Below, one piece after another: positions 12,073-25,582 of a stretch of DNA of 64,000 nt. Source of the stretch: Octopus sinensis (taxonomy: Eukaryota); the NCBI RefSeq assembly GCF_006345805.1, contig NC_043011.1, forward strand, positions 3,162,001-3,226,000. The letters run 5' to 3'. The position numbers and the translations under genes are program-made. How positions within the stretch are numbered: position 1 is the stretch's first letter; each line of letters opens with the position of its first letter. The notes beneath the pieces are model-generated. The model saw only the letters and a list, made by a program, of their open reading frames with translations. It searched no databases and was not told the origin of the DNA.

Positions 12073-13450
12073 CATTGTACTGCTGTTTTACACATCAACT
12101 TATTTATGAAAATTTAAATAGTTAGCTGATTATTTTGTAAGCTAGATAGATAAATATGTAGGATAAAGCCTTTGAATCTACGAAGAAAAGAGCATTTTGT
12201 TTGTTCTGATATTTTTGGTGTGGTGCAAGTGAACTATGCTTGAGAAAAACCCATGATACACAAATTGTTGATCAAACAAACAATTTGACAGAAATTTCCT
12301 GTTTCAGCCACACCTATTTGGAGTGAGTTTGATCTATGAGTGAGCACTTGAAACATTTTGTGGTCTCTAACAGTTTAAAGACTAGAAAGCTATGTATTTA
12401 AATGTGCTTGTTAAAACAGAAGTCAACCAATTACATAGAAACCTCACCTTGTTCGCTGATGATGCTATTATTGAACTATAATCTACCTTTGATGTTGTTC
12501 TTGTTGTTTAGCTTCAAACCAGTTCCAATCAAACAGACATATGATCAAAGACAATATATTTTTTAAATGGTAAAATGTGATGTGACAGATATTTGACTGC
12601 TATTTACTGCTGATCAAGCTATTGCATACATATTCCTTCATTAGTTAATATGATGTTATTATTGTTTTTATTTATTTACTCCAGATCAGACTTGTCTGAA
12701 CAAATCTACACTTAAAAATATTCCAGGTGTCTTTTTTCTTTTTGTTGTACTTATCAAATTTCCTATGAGCGCACTCACACACACACACACACATGCATGC
12801 ATTCACACACACATCTTTATTTTTGTTGTTGATGTCATAGCCATTTATTTATGGTCGTATTGCCTTGAATCTATGTAGAAAGTAAAAAGTTGAGAGGGCC
12901 CTTTAGTTACAGCTTCCTGAGGGATCACCAACCTCTTTAATGATTGTACCCTGATAAAATGCTGATAAATGATGGTCTGGAAATCCGAAGCCATATGAAC
13001 AGTCCTCAGGAACTTCAGGAAGAATTTGATAAAGATCTTCAAATAATTCAGTCTATGAGAAAACTGTTAACATACATAGAAACTCCAACCTTCGTCAGCT
13101 GTAATTAGAAACCTAATTACATTCTCTGATCTATTGGTGGATTGAGAGATCTTCAACTTGGCTATATCCAACTACAACGAGAAACCAGTGAGAAGTGGCT
13201 TTATAGATAAGTTAGTGTAAGTGGAGGACACCCCACCTAACCTCTGAACCCAAAAAGAGTCAGAAAAAGGAAAATACTGTCATTTAATCCTTCTTTCTGA
13301 CTAAAAGTTTCAACTAACATATCGGGGAGCTCCCTGATGCTACTTTAAAAAACAATTCCCTTGAGCTCAAAGTGTAATATTACATTCTTCAATCCCTATA
13401 AAGTTAAGGTCAGTTACTCATGCATGCACAAATTTGAAGGGCTTAAAAAA

Positions 13451-13690
13451 TTAGTGTATACAGGTGGAGAATGGTTCATGCTGCTTATTAAGAGATAGTG
13501 TAGGGTTACGCAACAGTATGTGCACGGATTCTTTTAGGCATAGCTGGCTCTGGTGTGGGAGATCAGAATCAATTATAGACCAGTATATACTGTAAAAAAT
13601 GTTTTTTTTCTTGAGGTAGTGCTTGTGGTCTGCTAGAGAGGTAAATTTGCTATGCTCTTCATATTTAAACGAATTTAAATGCATCAAATC
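13451..13690 (-). mobile_element. Penelope-like element GIY-YIG C-terminal remnant
   Basis: Minus ORF SFKYEEHSKFTSLADH..YLKKK..YSIYWSII...QLCLKESVHIL....LNKQHE..STCIH fits the PLE endonuclease tail pattern. Confidence 0.65.
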
Positions 13691-14292
13691 TTGATGCTTG
13701 GAATTAGTTGTGAATCATATATAGTATCTAGTAGAATTGTGAAGTGTGTTATGAACTATGCAGTTGTAAACCATGTTAAACCTTCTGCAATGAGTTTGAA
13801 AAGGGTATTCATTCATATATTTACAATTGCAACTAGACCTATCTGGCATGAAGGAATTTCTTATATGTGGATTATATGTATGTTTGTATGTATTCATGTA
13901 TGTATGTTTTTGTGTACCCTGGTCTTGACATTATGTGATGGTTGTACACAAGTGTGTTGTTCATTTTCAGTCTTCCATGAAAAATGTCTGGGCATGGGAT
14001 ACATTACCTTATTTGAAAACAAGTGAGGGTTTCTGGCAGGACAGAAATCTGACCATAGAAGATCTGTTTCAGCAACTTCCATGTGACCCTTGCAAGCATG
14101 GAAAAGGGAACATTAGAGGATGATGGCAATGGCAAGAACAATGTTTCATGCTTGAAATATATCTATAGATTTCCAACACGAAAAAGAAAGTATAATATTT
14201 GTTCTTCACATATAGAAGTTGGAATTTATGAAAGGATGGCATCTTACTTTCTGAAACAGATGTGAAATGGTTAACATGTATGACAGTATCTA

Positions 14293-14626
14293 AAAGGTAA
14301 AGACCCATTTCAGTCATGAGTGACCATGGGATTGCACATGGAAAGTTCCCTTCTGAGGCACAAGTCCCAGTAAGGTTGTTTATAGAAGACCAGCAGTCGC
14401 CCATGCATACCAGCCTCTCCTCTCCATGCAACCAATGTTATCCAAGGGAAAGGCGAAGGCCAATACAGCTTGGCACCAGTGATGTTACAACTAATTGCTA
14501 CAGCTGAGTGAACTGGAGCAACAGGAAATAAAGTGCCTGGCTCAAAAACAACACATAGCCTGGTTCAGGAACTGAACCTACTACCTCAGGATTGTAAGCC
14601 CTAACCACTGAGTTATGCACCTTCAC
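14293..14626 (-). mobile_element. tRNA-derived SINE (type C)
   Basis: Minus head GTGAAGGTGCATAACTCAGTGGTTAGGG...GGTTCAGTTCC. Related heads at 28.7, 46.76, 51.6 and 54.24 kb. Confidence 0.7.
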
Positions 14627-14679
14627 ACATCAGTACATAACTTCCATGCATAACTTCTCTTTAGCATAAAAAAAATTCT

Positions 14680-15243
14680 ATGCATCAGATGTGGTGTCCC
14701 AGAGAGAAGAATATTGGTATGGTAATGTGATGTGTATGAATGAGGATTGCTGCATCAAGAAGTGCTGATCCCTTATTGTGGAGGGAACATGTGGAAGGAG
14801 TAGACCCAGAAGGATGTGGGACAAAGTGAGGAGAGAGGATGAGAGGATGACAAAGGAGTGAGACCTTGTGGTTGGTTGTGCTTGAGAAGACATGTCAAGC
14901 TATGTAAAATTGTAGCTGTCCTTGCACACAGTCATGTCCCCTACATCCTCTTTAACTAAGTGATCCTAAACTTGTGTGCTTGTGGATGCTGGTTCCACAT
15001 AAAAAGCATCCATGCCATGTAAAAGCATCCATGCCAGTGCCATGCAAAAGCACCCAGGCTGGTGCCATGTAACAGCACCCAGTATACCCTGTAAAGGGGC
15101 TGGCATTAGGAAGGACCTCCAGCCATAGAAACCATGCCAAAAGAGATATGGAACCCAGGCAGCTCTACAACTGGCCAGCTCCTGCCAAATTATCCAACCC
15201 ATACTAGCAGGGAAAACAAAAGTTAAATGATAATGATGATGCA
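14680..15243 (+). mobile_element. RTE-clade LINE 3' end
   Basis: GIRCGV.ERR..WYGNVMCMNEDCCIKKC..VEGTCGR.RPRRMWD in shifted frames, and a 3' UTR ending in a GAT-rich tail. Confidence 0.8.
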
Positions 15244-15794
15244 TGACTACATCCAAAATCAATGTGGAGATTTACTCTGTGTCCATGGTTTTAAATTGTT
15301 CTCCCTTCTGCCAGTCTCAACTTCCAAGCTTAATTCGTATACCCACACTAACAACTGATACCGTAATGCAGTATTTGACATTGTCTCTTTTTATAAACAT
15401 TGTATTCTGCTTCCATAATCAATTTAACCATAATTTGTGTTAATTACCAGAATCATTAATAACAGTATTTAGAGTTGTTATAATGAGGCAGTAACTCTGT
15501 GACTGAATATTATTAAAATTATTGCATTCTGATCAAGGAGGAATGGAATGAAAATCTGATATTGAAGTAGATTTATGCCTTGAGATGGAAGAAATGAGAG
15601 AATTGGCAATTAAATTACAGAATTAATTCTTGCTCTTCATTCTAATTTCACGAGGGATAACTTTATCTCTTTCTATTTTAGACTTAAAGAAATAAGTAAT
15701 ACATTAATAAAACACTGTGGATGATTTAGTTTACCCTGCTTCCATCTCTTATGATTAGCCATATCCTTTCTTGAAATAAATTATTAAAGTGGAT

Positions 15795-15954
15795 CAGGCT
15801 TGGCTGTGTGATAAGAAGTTTACTTCCCAGTCATATTGTCCCAAGTTCAGTCCTACTGCATGACAATTGTGCAAGTGTCTTATACAATAAGCCCCTGGCT
15901 GACCAAAGCCTTGTAAATGGATTCAACAGGGGGAAACTGAAGGACACTAGCCAC

Positions 15955-15990
<36 letters not shown>

Positions 15991-16140
15991 ATTCCCGCCA
16001 CCACTGCTACTCGGCAACCAATGCTGGATTGTTCATGTTTCCATAATTTAGTAGTTTGGTATAAAAGCCTAAAGCCCTTCAAGATGGTGCCCTAGTATGG
16101 CCACAGCCAAGTGACTGAAATAAGTAAAAAATAAAGATAT
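15795..16140 (+). mobile_element. tRNA/CORE-type SINE (type A), diverged
   Basis: Recognisable head, GCAAGTGTCTT core, internal (TG)n and the shared 3' end. Confidence 0.7.
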
Positions 16141-16182
16141 TTTAAAATTCTATTTCTTATTCTCTTTCTTTCTCTCTCTCTC

Positions 16183-16231
<49 letters not shown>

Positions 16232-16840
16232 CCCATGCTAGCATGGAAAGCGGACGTTAAACGATGATGATGATATATATGTGTGTGTGTGTGTGTGTCT
16301 GTGTGTGTACAAACACACACATGCACACACACACACACATGCGCGCACACACACACACACACAATATGCATTCTAGCTACATGTTGTATTGCCTCTTTTT
16401 CCATGTATGTAGTATGATTATTAATTTGCTATCAATTTTCGATGCTGGCACAGGTTTAGTAGCAGATCATTTTCCTATAAATATAATTATGGTTAATAGT
16501 CTGATTAGATATTTGCAGTTGTTATAATTTATAAATCACCCAAACAGATGTTAAAATCAGTGTAGTGTGTAATATCTCAAGCCAAAAACTATATTCCCTA
16601 TTAAAAAATATTTCAGCTGCATATGTTATGAAACTAATTACTCAAAGAAATTAATCTTGACATGAAAAAATATGAAATACATCTGTGTAGAATAGCCAAA
16701 TGGTTCGTTAGCAACTAATAATAAATGGCCAAATTTATGGCTATGGCGACATAAGTGCTTCTTCGAAAGTATAAACAAGGTGACAAAATATGATTCAAGC
16801 TGAGAGTTTCATATGAAAATTATAGAAAATTTTCAGATTA

Positions 16841-17238
16841 TAGGCGCATGAGTGGCTGTCTGGTAAGTAGTTTGCTTACCAACCACATGGTTCCGGGTTC
16901 AGTCCCAATGCGTGGCACCTTGGGCAAGTGTCTTCTACTATCGCCTCGGGCCAACCAAAGCCTTGTCAGTGGATTTGGTAGACGGAGACTGAAAGAAGCC
17001 CGTCGTATATATATATATATGCATGTGTGTGTTTGTCCCCCTAGCATTGCTTGACATCCAATGCTGGTGTGTTTATGTCCCCGTTACTTAGCGGTTTGGC
17101 AAAAAGAGACCGATAGAATAAGTACTGGGCTTACAAAGGAATAAGTCCCGGGGTCGAGTTGCTCGATTAAAGGCGGTGCTCCAGCATGGCCACAGTCAAA
17201 TGACTGAAACAAGTAAAAGTGTAAAAGAGAAAAGAGTA
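16841..17238 (+). mobile_element. tRNA/CORE-type SINE (type A)
   Basis: Near-identical to other type A copies. Confidence 0.9.
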
Positions 17239-17379
17239 TTAACTCACATATTAAAATTCAATGAGGCCATTGTGATTTTCTTGTCATTTGGAAAAATTGG
17301 CACATATGTTCATTTTTGCAACTAAAAACCATCAACCTGTGTAGAATATATGAGAGGGTTTTTCATCTGTTGCCTTCAG

Positions 17380-17454
17380 CAAAACCAGGAAACCAGCACT
17401 GCGTTCTATTGAAATCCCTTTTGATTATGAAACAGTGATTAACATTGATCAAAA
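17380..17454 (+). CDS. Candidate 75-nt internal exon (phase 2-2)
   Basis: Acceptor TTTTTCATCTGTTGCCTTCAG|, open frame KTRKPALRSIEIPFDYETVINIDQ, donor AA|GTAACC (weak). Confidence 0.25.
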
Positions 17455-17958
17455 GTAACCTTGCTGTTCAAAGCAACGAACTGCATTTCCCTTTGACATT
17501 CCCAATGAACATTATCTGCTTTTAAATTCCAATAGAATAAGCATACCTTGCAAAAAATTACAATTATGATTACAGTTATTATTTTTGTTATTGAATAGTT
17601 CTACATTTATTATAATACGTTATTGGCAACATAAGTAGTACATCAGAATAAAGGACTTAATGTCTTTATTCGTTTCCTACAGATTTTTCTACATTTCTGG
17701 CAGTGAGCGTTACAAAGCATTGTCAATAACACAGCCCAAAGAGCTTTCATTTAAGGAGCTCCAGCTTTTCAGTTTTCTTGCAGTTATTCATATCTTTCAC
17801 TCATTTATAATGGTAGATTACACACACATGCACACAGGTACAGTAATAATACTTATACCAATATATATACTCGTGGGGCCTGTGGAAATTCCACAGAACA
17901 AAAAAGAATTTAGAGGTGCTATTTAAGAAAGAACGGATGATTTATATTTTTATTCTAC

Positions 17959-18679
17959 ACTAGCAGTATAACCCGGCCTTGCCCAGGATTAAGTTACGAT
18001 TATTAAGCTAATCAAGTTCTTTATTTCAAACCAAACTAATATTGACTCTCAAAAAAACACTTTTTTCCTCATCGTAAAATAAAAACAAAACTCTTTCGCA
18101 CCCAAATTAATGTGTGTGAGACGGAGAGGGGGCAGAAAGATGAATGATTTAAAATAAATAAATAAATGATTTTAAATAAATATATTGTAATTGTTGTGTG
18201 AGAAAGTATATATACTATGATTATAAAATATAGTGTCTTTCAAAAACATCCTGAATTTGAACACTATATCTCGTGTTTAAGAAAAACCAAAACATTTTAA
18301 CATTTTATTTTTTATGAACGTTGTCACATACTCTCTCTCACTCCCTCTCTCTATCTCTCACTTTGTCTTTCCCTTTTTTTTGTTTAGATGCTGTGAAACT
18401 CTCTTCCACTTTTCTTTATCTTTTTTTTTGTTAGACGCTGTCAAAAAGCTATAGCTGATATTTGTTATGGCTAAAAGCTATGGCTGAAAATAGAATTTTA
18501 CCGCTATCCGTGGGTGCCTTGGGAAAAAAATAAGTTGACAAAACCCAGATAGGGTGTGACGAATGTTCTCCTAAAATTTGAGCGACATGCATGCTAATTT
18601 GTGGATGTGCATAAACTACAATCACTTACACATACACACACATACACACACACACACATCTTGCCTTATATATACAGAT
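17959..18679 (+). mobile_element. Helitron/Helentron-like non-autonomous repeat
   Basis: Begins ACTAGCAG..ACCCGGCCTTGCCC, contains CT/CA microsatellites, ends CTTATATATACAGAT. This is DINE-like architecture (from memory). Confidence 0.5.
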
Positions 18680-18989
18680 AAATCTCATTGTTTCAGTGCA
18701 ATAAATGATAGAAAAATATACAATACATAATTCAAATATCATTCATTAGTATTTAATGCTACTAAAAATGCAAGATCAATATACAATTGCATATTCCTTA
18801 TTATGCAATATTTTATCATAATTACTCTACATTATAAACAATTAATGTACACAAAACGATACAGAGAATATACATGTTTTCATTTACATGATTAATTTCA
18901 ATTCCATTGCAAATCAAAAATAAATAACAACCATGGCCATTTTGCAAATTCATTTCACTTCCAGTCACAAAAATATATTATGATGAGCA

Positions 18990-19380
18990 AAATGTCCCCC
19001 ATCCAATGGACGGTGCTGAGTTGTCAAACATTTAAACCAAATTTTCTCAAAACAACTTGTCTGATAAAAATCTTCAAATAATTCAGTCTATGAGAAAACT
19101 GTTAACATTCATAGAAACTCCAACCATTTTGTGCATTTTTATTGCATATGTATAGTATCGATTGCAACAGCTGATGTGCTTGCACATACAAATGCACGTT
19201 CTCACGGCTTTATTGATCGCATTCTCACCTGGAATCGATTTTTGTAATTTTTTCAAGACTTATACATGCCCTGATACCGTCGGTATCTACATATCAAATT
19301 TGAGCACAATCGGATTGAGGATGCCTGAGATCCTAGAACACACACACACACATACAGAAAGCGGATCTTATATAATAGAT
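18990..19380 (+). mobile_element. Helitron/Helentron-like repeat, 3' part
   Basis: CAAATTTGAGCACAATCGG...(CA)n...TTATATAATAGAT ending parallels the 17.96-kb element. Confidence 0.45.
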
Positions 19381-19832
19381 TTTGAAATTTACCCCTTGCT
19401 AAATACTTTACATCTCTCTCTCTCCTTGTCTCTCCCCTCTCTCCCCAACCTCTCCCCCTGTCCCTCTCTCCTCTTTCTCTCACTCTCTCTTTTTCTCTCC
19501 ACCTCTTCAGCAAAATTTTTAACCTTGTAATTCCCCCTTCACATTTTTAACACTTATCTCATTCTCTTCACCTCTCACTTCCACTAACCATGTGACAGCA
19601 TGGTTAGTGGAAGAGCTATCTGGTATCTCACTCACTCCCCCTCCTTCCCTTCACTCTGACACTCCCTCTGTCTCACTCTCACACTCCCTCTTTCACTTAA
19701 TCTCCTTCCCTCTCTCTCACTCTGACTCCACCTCTCACTCTCTCCAACTCTTTACTGTCTCTAACAAACTAACAAACTGATGCAAATCAATGAAAGAATA
19801 TGTAGAATTATGATATGGATATATGGATATAT

Positions 19833-20195
19833 TCTTTTACTTGTCTCAGTCATTTGACTGCGGCCATGCTGGAGCACCGCTTTTAGTCGAGCAAATCAAC
19901 CCCAGGACTTATTCTTTGTAAGCCTAGTACTTATTCTATTAGTCTCTTTTGCCAAACTGCTAAGACACAGGGACATAAACACACCAGCATCGGTTGTCAA
20001 GCAATGTTGGGGGGACAAGTATATATATATACGACAGGCTTCTTTCAGTTTCCGTCTACCAAATCCACTCACAAGGCTTTGGTCGGCCCAAGGCTATAAT
20101 AGAAGACACTTGCCCAAAGTACCATGCAGTGGGACTGAACCCAGAACCATGTGGCTGGTAAGCAAACTACTTACCACACAGCCACTCCTACACCT
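19833..20195 (-). mobile_element. tRNA/CORE-type SINE (type A)
   Basis: Reverse complement of the type A consensus with a short internal tract. Confidence 0.9.
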
Positions 20196-20212
20196 GTATG
20201 TATGTATATCTA

Positions 20213-20598
20213 TATATAAGGCAAGGAAGGAAATGGAGAAGAGGTTCAATTGACAAACATCAGTAAGGTTTATTTACTATAATCATACAAATAAATAAAT
20301 AAATACAACTCCAGTCTTACAGCTGTTTCTGCTTCGGGGGTCCAGTATGTTAAAGCTGACATGTCATACAAACATTGAACTCCAAAGCTTCATCATTATG
20401 GACTTACTGACTCTCTGATGAAGCTTTGGAGTTCAATGTTTGTATGACATGTCAGCTTTAACATACTGGACCCCCGAAGCAGAAACAGCTGTAAGACTGG
20501 AGTTGTATTTATTTATTTATTTGTATGATTATAGTAAATAAACCTTACTGATGTTTGTCAATTGAACCTCTTCTCCATTTCCTTCCTTGCCTTATATA
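20213..20598. repeat. Perfect palindrome: 183-bp arms, 20-bp spacer
   Basis: 20213-20395 is the reverse complement of 20416-20598. I found no mismatch by eye. Confidence 0.95.
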
Positions 20599-20753
20599 AA
20601 TTCTGGATAAACTCTTGTTTACTTCCACTTGTACCTGATATTCACTTGTACTGTTGCTTTGTAACAGTGAGCCTTTGAATATAATTAGGTAACCCTCCAG
20701 TAGTATATTGCATATTTATTATCCCTTAGATGGTTGTCTAACCTATAACTCAT

Positions 20754-20787
<34 letters not shown>

Positions 20788-21000
20788 GTGTGTGTGTCAA
20801 TCTGTAGCTAAAGTAGAAAACAACTGACCCAAGAACTACAAAGCAGAATTAGATCTGGAAACAGGATTAGCAAATCAAAATTCTCAGCCATACAATCACT
20901 CAGTATATTCTTATTAAATATGGCTGAAGAGTTAACTTTGAATGTCATCACTCTGAAATTGATAAAATAATTAACAGTAAAGTATTAAAAGCAAAAGTAA

Positions 21001-21424
21001 TAGGCGCAGGAGTGGCTGTGTGGTAAGTAGCTTGCTAACCAACCACATGGTTGCGGGTTCAGTCCCACTGCGTGGCACCTTGGGCAAGTGTCTTCTGCTA
21101 TAGCCTCAGGCCGACCAATTCCTTGTGAGTGGATTTGGTAGATGGAAACTGAAAGAAGCCTGTCGTATATATGTATATATATATATATGTGTGTTTGTGT
21201 GTGTGTTTGTGTGTCTGTGTTTGTCCCCCTAGCATTGCTTGACAACCGATGCTGGTGTGTTTACGTCCCCGTCACTTAGCAGTTCAGCAAAAAAAGACCG
21301 ATAGAATAGGTACTGGGCTTACAAAGAATAAGTCCCAGGGTCGATTTGATCGACTAAAGGCGGTGCTCCAGCATGGCCACAGTCAAATGACTGAAACAAG
21401 TAAAAGAGTAAAGAGTAAAGAGAG
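21001..21424 (+). mobile_element. tRNA/CORE-type SINE (type A)
   Basis: Near-identical to other type A copies. Confidence 0.9.
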
Positions 21425-21850
21425 ATTGTTCTTTCTCTCTCACCTCCTCAGTTTGGTGGTCTTCTGATATTATTATGTAATTTTGTGTATTCATCAAATC
21501 TGTTGGTAGTAAATTTGAAGGTGGAATTCTGGTTTCAGCACCCCATTTTTGGAATTTTGGAATTTGGGAATTTTAAGAAAAATTTTGCAAATTTATATTC
21601 TACACACAGGAATTCACATGATTATGAAAAAATCATTTTCTTTTAATATTTTAAACCCACCCCACATCACATAAATCCTAAAGATTCCACTCTTATTTGA
21701 ATGTCGTTTAACAATCAGTTTAAAATATGGACAGTTCAATTTTTTTTTTTTTTGCATAAATCCCAGCAATGAACCATTAAATGCATTCATAGAGAGAAAA
21801 ATATTGAAAAACATCAATACATGTCAGAGTGACAAAGAAAAGAAGGTATC

Positions 21851-22070
21851 TGGTAAAAACGTTAGCATGCCGGGCGAAATGCTTAGCGGTATTTCGTCTG
21901 CGTTACGTTGTGAGTTCAAATTCTGCCGAGGTCGACTTTGCCTTTCATCCTTTTGGGGTCGATAAATTAAGTACCAGTTACGCACTGGGGTCGATGTAAT
22001 CGACTTAATACCTATGTCTGTTCTTGTTTGTCCCCTCTGTGTTTAGTCCCTTGTGGGTAATAAAGAAATA
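21851..22070 (+). mobile_element. tRNA-derived SINE (type B)
   Basis: Matches 447-679. TSD GGTATC at 21845-21850 and 22071-22076. Confidence 0.85.
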
Positions 22071-22780
22071 GGTATCAAGTGGTTGGAAGTTATACTAAAA
22101 ATAACAACTAAACTGCCCTTAAATCTCACACACAAAAAAAAGGAAAATATTTTCGTTTTTACATAGTCGTATGAATTCTTGTATGCAACACACAAACTTG
22201 TAAAAACTTTCTGAAAATTCCATGGGGTTCTTAAACCAGAATTCTACCAATTTGAAATTACTGATGACCATATGAACAGAATAAAAATACCAGACCTATG
22301 TCAAACAGATATATCCATTGGTTCTTTTGTTTTAGATAACAAAAACTAAATAAGTTTCCATGCATTCTACCAGACATGATGTCAGTAAAGAGTGAATTGA
22401 ATTACATGGAACTGAATTCTGGTGAGCTGAAGTGAGATTGACTACGCCATTTAAGAATGTGAAGTTTCTCCTCACAAGAGCATTGCAACAACATAAGTCA
22501 TACAAGTTCAAAAACTATTGCTTCTGCTGATAGGCAGATATACAATTGATTTATGCAGCTACTATTCTTGAAAAGACTATATAAGTTTCCACATTTAGAG
22601 AATCAGAACAAATGTAAAAACCATATAGAAATATTTCATTGAAAAAACATTTAGAAAAAAAATAGTGGAATAAGAATATATAAAATTTGGCATTTTTCAA
22701 AGCAATAATCAATCACGAAAAGTCAAAACAAAACTGTCAGATTGAAAACATAATAACAATAATAATAATAGTAATAGTAA

Positions 22781-22818
<38 letters not shown>

Positions 22819-22929
22819 ATACAAAAAATAACATTAAAATCAAGTCAAACAGTGAGAACAGTTGTGTGTATATGTGTGTGTGCGTACAAACACATATACA
22901 TACATAAATTCACACATGCACACACACGT

Positions 22930-23150
22930 ATGAATAGGAATGTATGCGTATGAATGTATGTGTGCATGTATATATATATGTGTGTATGTATATGTGCATA
23001 TATGCATATATGCGTGTATATATAGGCATATATATATATATAGGCATATATATATGCATATTTATATATATACATATATATATATGTATGTATATATATG
23101 AAATATATATGCATATATATATACATATTTATATATATATATGCATATAT

Positions 23151-23219
<69 letters not shown>

Positions 23220-23293
23220 CATATTAATATATATATACATATATATATATACATAATATATATATACATATTTATATACATATATATACATAT

Positions 23294-23375
<82 letters not shown>

Positions 23376-23440
23376 CATATATATATACATACATATCTTA
23401 CATATATATATACATATGTATGAATGTATGTATGTATCTT
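22930..23440. repeat. Long degenerate (TA)/(TG)/(CA) microsatellite
   Basis: About 500 bp of dinucleotide repeat. Source of the I/Y-rich pseudo-ORFs. Confidence 0.95.
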
Positions 23441-23866
23441 ATCCATACATTCCATACAAAGAAGAAAAACTAATGAACTGATCAATGTGGGTGAATGTTT
23501 CTTTCTGAAATATTTGGTCATATTTTTTGCTGTTTATTCTTCTACATTTCAGTTTGTAAATACTTTTTTTGGTTTGATTTTACAACACTCATCCATAGAA
23601 AAACAATGCCTATATTGTTTTTTTAATAATTTTCCCAACTTTTGCGCATCCATATAAATGTGTGTATATAGATACAAATAAACATGCACAACTAAAATGT
23701 CACACAAATATAAGTAAATATTTATACATATAATAAATGTAGCCCCATATATACATATACACATACAGACATACAGACATACATACATGCAGACAGACAC
23801 AGACACAGAAAGATAGATGTGTATGTGTGTATGGAGGTGTATTATACAATTTCACTTTATCTTTAA

Positions 23867-24089
23867 CCCTTTAGCATTTTAAACCGGCCATATCCGGCCA
23901 AAAGTATTCTGCCTGTTTTATGTTCAAACTGGCCAGATCTGGTCTTTCAAACCAACCCTACAACATCGTTTTAAAAATTAACAGCTACCTCATCAAAATC
24001 TCATAGCTACAAGATTAATGCATGATTAGTTCAAAACAATGTGGATAAAAAAGCATTAACTTTGGCAGAATAATACGAATACTAAAGGG
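23867..24089. mobile_element. piggyBac-type MITE (family A)
   Basis: TTAA at 23863-23866 and 24090-24093. TIRs CCCTTTAGCATT / AATACTAAAGGG. Confidence 0.85.
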
Positions 24090-24249
24090 TTAATCTTTCT
24101 AGTGCCAATGTTATAAAATACACCCCCATATATGCACACACAGTCCAATGATGGCTTAACTGACTGAAACTTTGAGGTCACTGTCAATAATATTCTTGAT
24201 TAAGAATGATAAATTTGTACTCTAAAAAAATATTGAATAAACCATCAGA

Positions 24250-24888
24250 TCAATCCCTTAGCATTCAGATTACTCTTTCAGATATGATGCTTATTTATTC
24301 ACACTGTTTCAAATTAATTATTTATTTTCTCATTGCTTTAAGATTTCAATGATATGGTTGTATACTCTTAGAATGACATAGTGTGATAAGTATGAGGGGC
24401 CAGATCTGGTTAGTTCAAACATAAAATATATAGATAGGCGTAGGAGTGGCCATGTGGTAAGTAGCTTGCTTACGAACCACATGGTCCCGGGTTCAGTCCC
24501 ACTGTGTGGCACCTTGGGCAAGTGTCTTCTACTATATCCTCGGGCCGACCAAAGCCTTGTGAGTGGATTTGGTAGACGGAAATTGAAAGAAGCCCGTCGT
24601 ATATATGTATATATATACGTGTTTGTGTGTCTGTGTTTGTCCCCTAGCATTGCTTGACAACCGATGCTGGTGTGTTTACGTCCCCGTAACTTAGTGGTTC
24701 GGCAAAAGAGACCGATAGAATAAGTACTGGGCTTACAAAAGAATAAGTCCTGGGGTCGAGTTGCTCGATTAAAGGCGGTGCTCCAGCATGGCTGCAGTCA
24801 AATGACTGAAACAAGTAAAAGAGTAAAAAAGAAAGAGTAAAGAGAATAATTAGGCTGGATGGGGCCAGTTTCAATACTAAAATGTTAA
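24250..24888. mobile_element. piggyBac-type MITE (family A), split by a SINE
   Basis: The halves 24250-24434 and 24846-24888 join into a diverged reverse copy of 23867-24089. Confidence 0.6.
24435..24845 (+). mobile_element. tRNA/CORE-type SINE (type A)
   Basis: Near-identical to other type A copies. Confidence 0.9.
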
Positions 24889-25582
24889 TGTAAAAATGTT
24901 TCTATTATAACTGAACAAACAAACAAACATTAACATGTGTGTGTATATATATAGATTTACACATATACACACACTCACAGACATATATGTGAGCACCCCA
25001 ATCAGTCAATGCCCCTCCTATCATTGCCTTCTGCCACATCATATCATTCACTGAAACTGTTTCCCACCATCCTAATACCACTTTTCTCTCACAACCCATC
25101 TTACTTTTTAACCATTCTTCACCTAATTATATTGTTCTCCACACTGAAATGTTCCAGTGGTCATGCACCCACTCCACAGGACACCAAATTCTCTCTGTGT
25201 GTTCATTATGCATTTTATCTCTCTACTCCTCTCCTGCATGCTATCTCTCTTCACCCCTCCTCTTTGGTAGCATTACTTCCTTGAACCTACTCAAAACACT
25301 TCATCACCTCAATCAAAAGTATCATTAATACTCTACAGCTAGCAACCCTGTAGCAGCTTTCCTAACTCATGCACCTCCTCTCCTCAACAATACAGTCTAC
25401 CTCCTTCTCTGACTTCCCCAATATCTTCCTCATACACTCTTGCAGCCCTTCTACTCATGAAGTCCTTTCAAAACTATCCAATGCATGGACCATGGATGTT
25501 AAATGATAACAATGTTTGTGTGTGTGTGTATGCACATATACATGTATGTATATGTGTGTGTGTGTATGTTTGTTCATGTGTA

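Noticed and set aside
12445-12482. Small minus-strand exon with a GTGAGG donor
   Set aside because: The plus strand reads LTLFADDAI, an RT YADD-type motif, so it is more likely a LINE scrap.
22845-23521. Long ORFs of 100-160 aa rich in I/Y/C/V/H/T (also near 1.8, 2.6, 36.1, 38.2, 46.0 and 62.5 kb)
   Set aside because: They are translations of TA/TG/CA microsatellites that lack stops by composition. No coding evidence.
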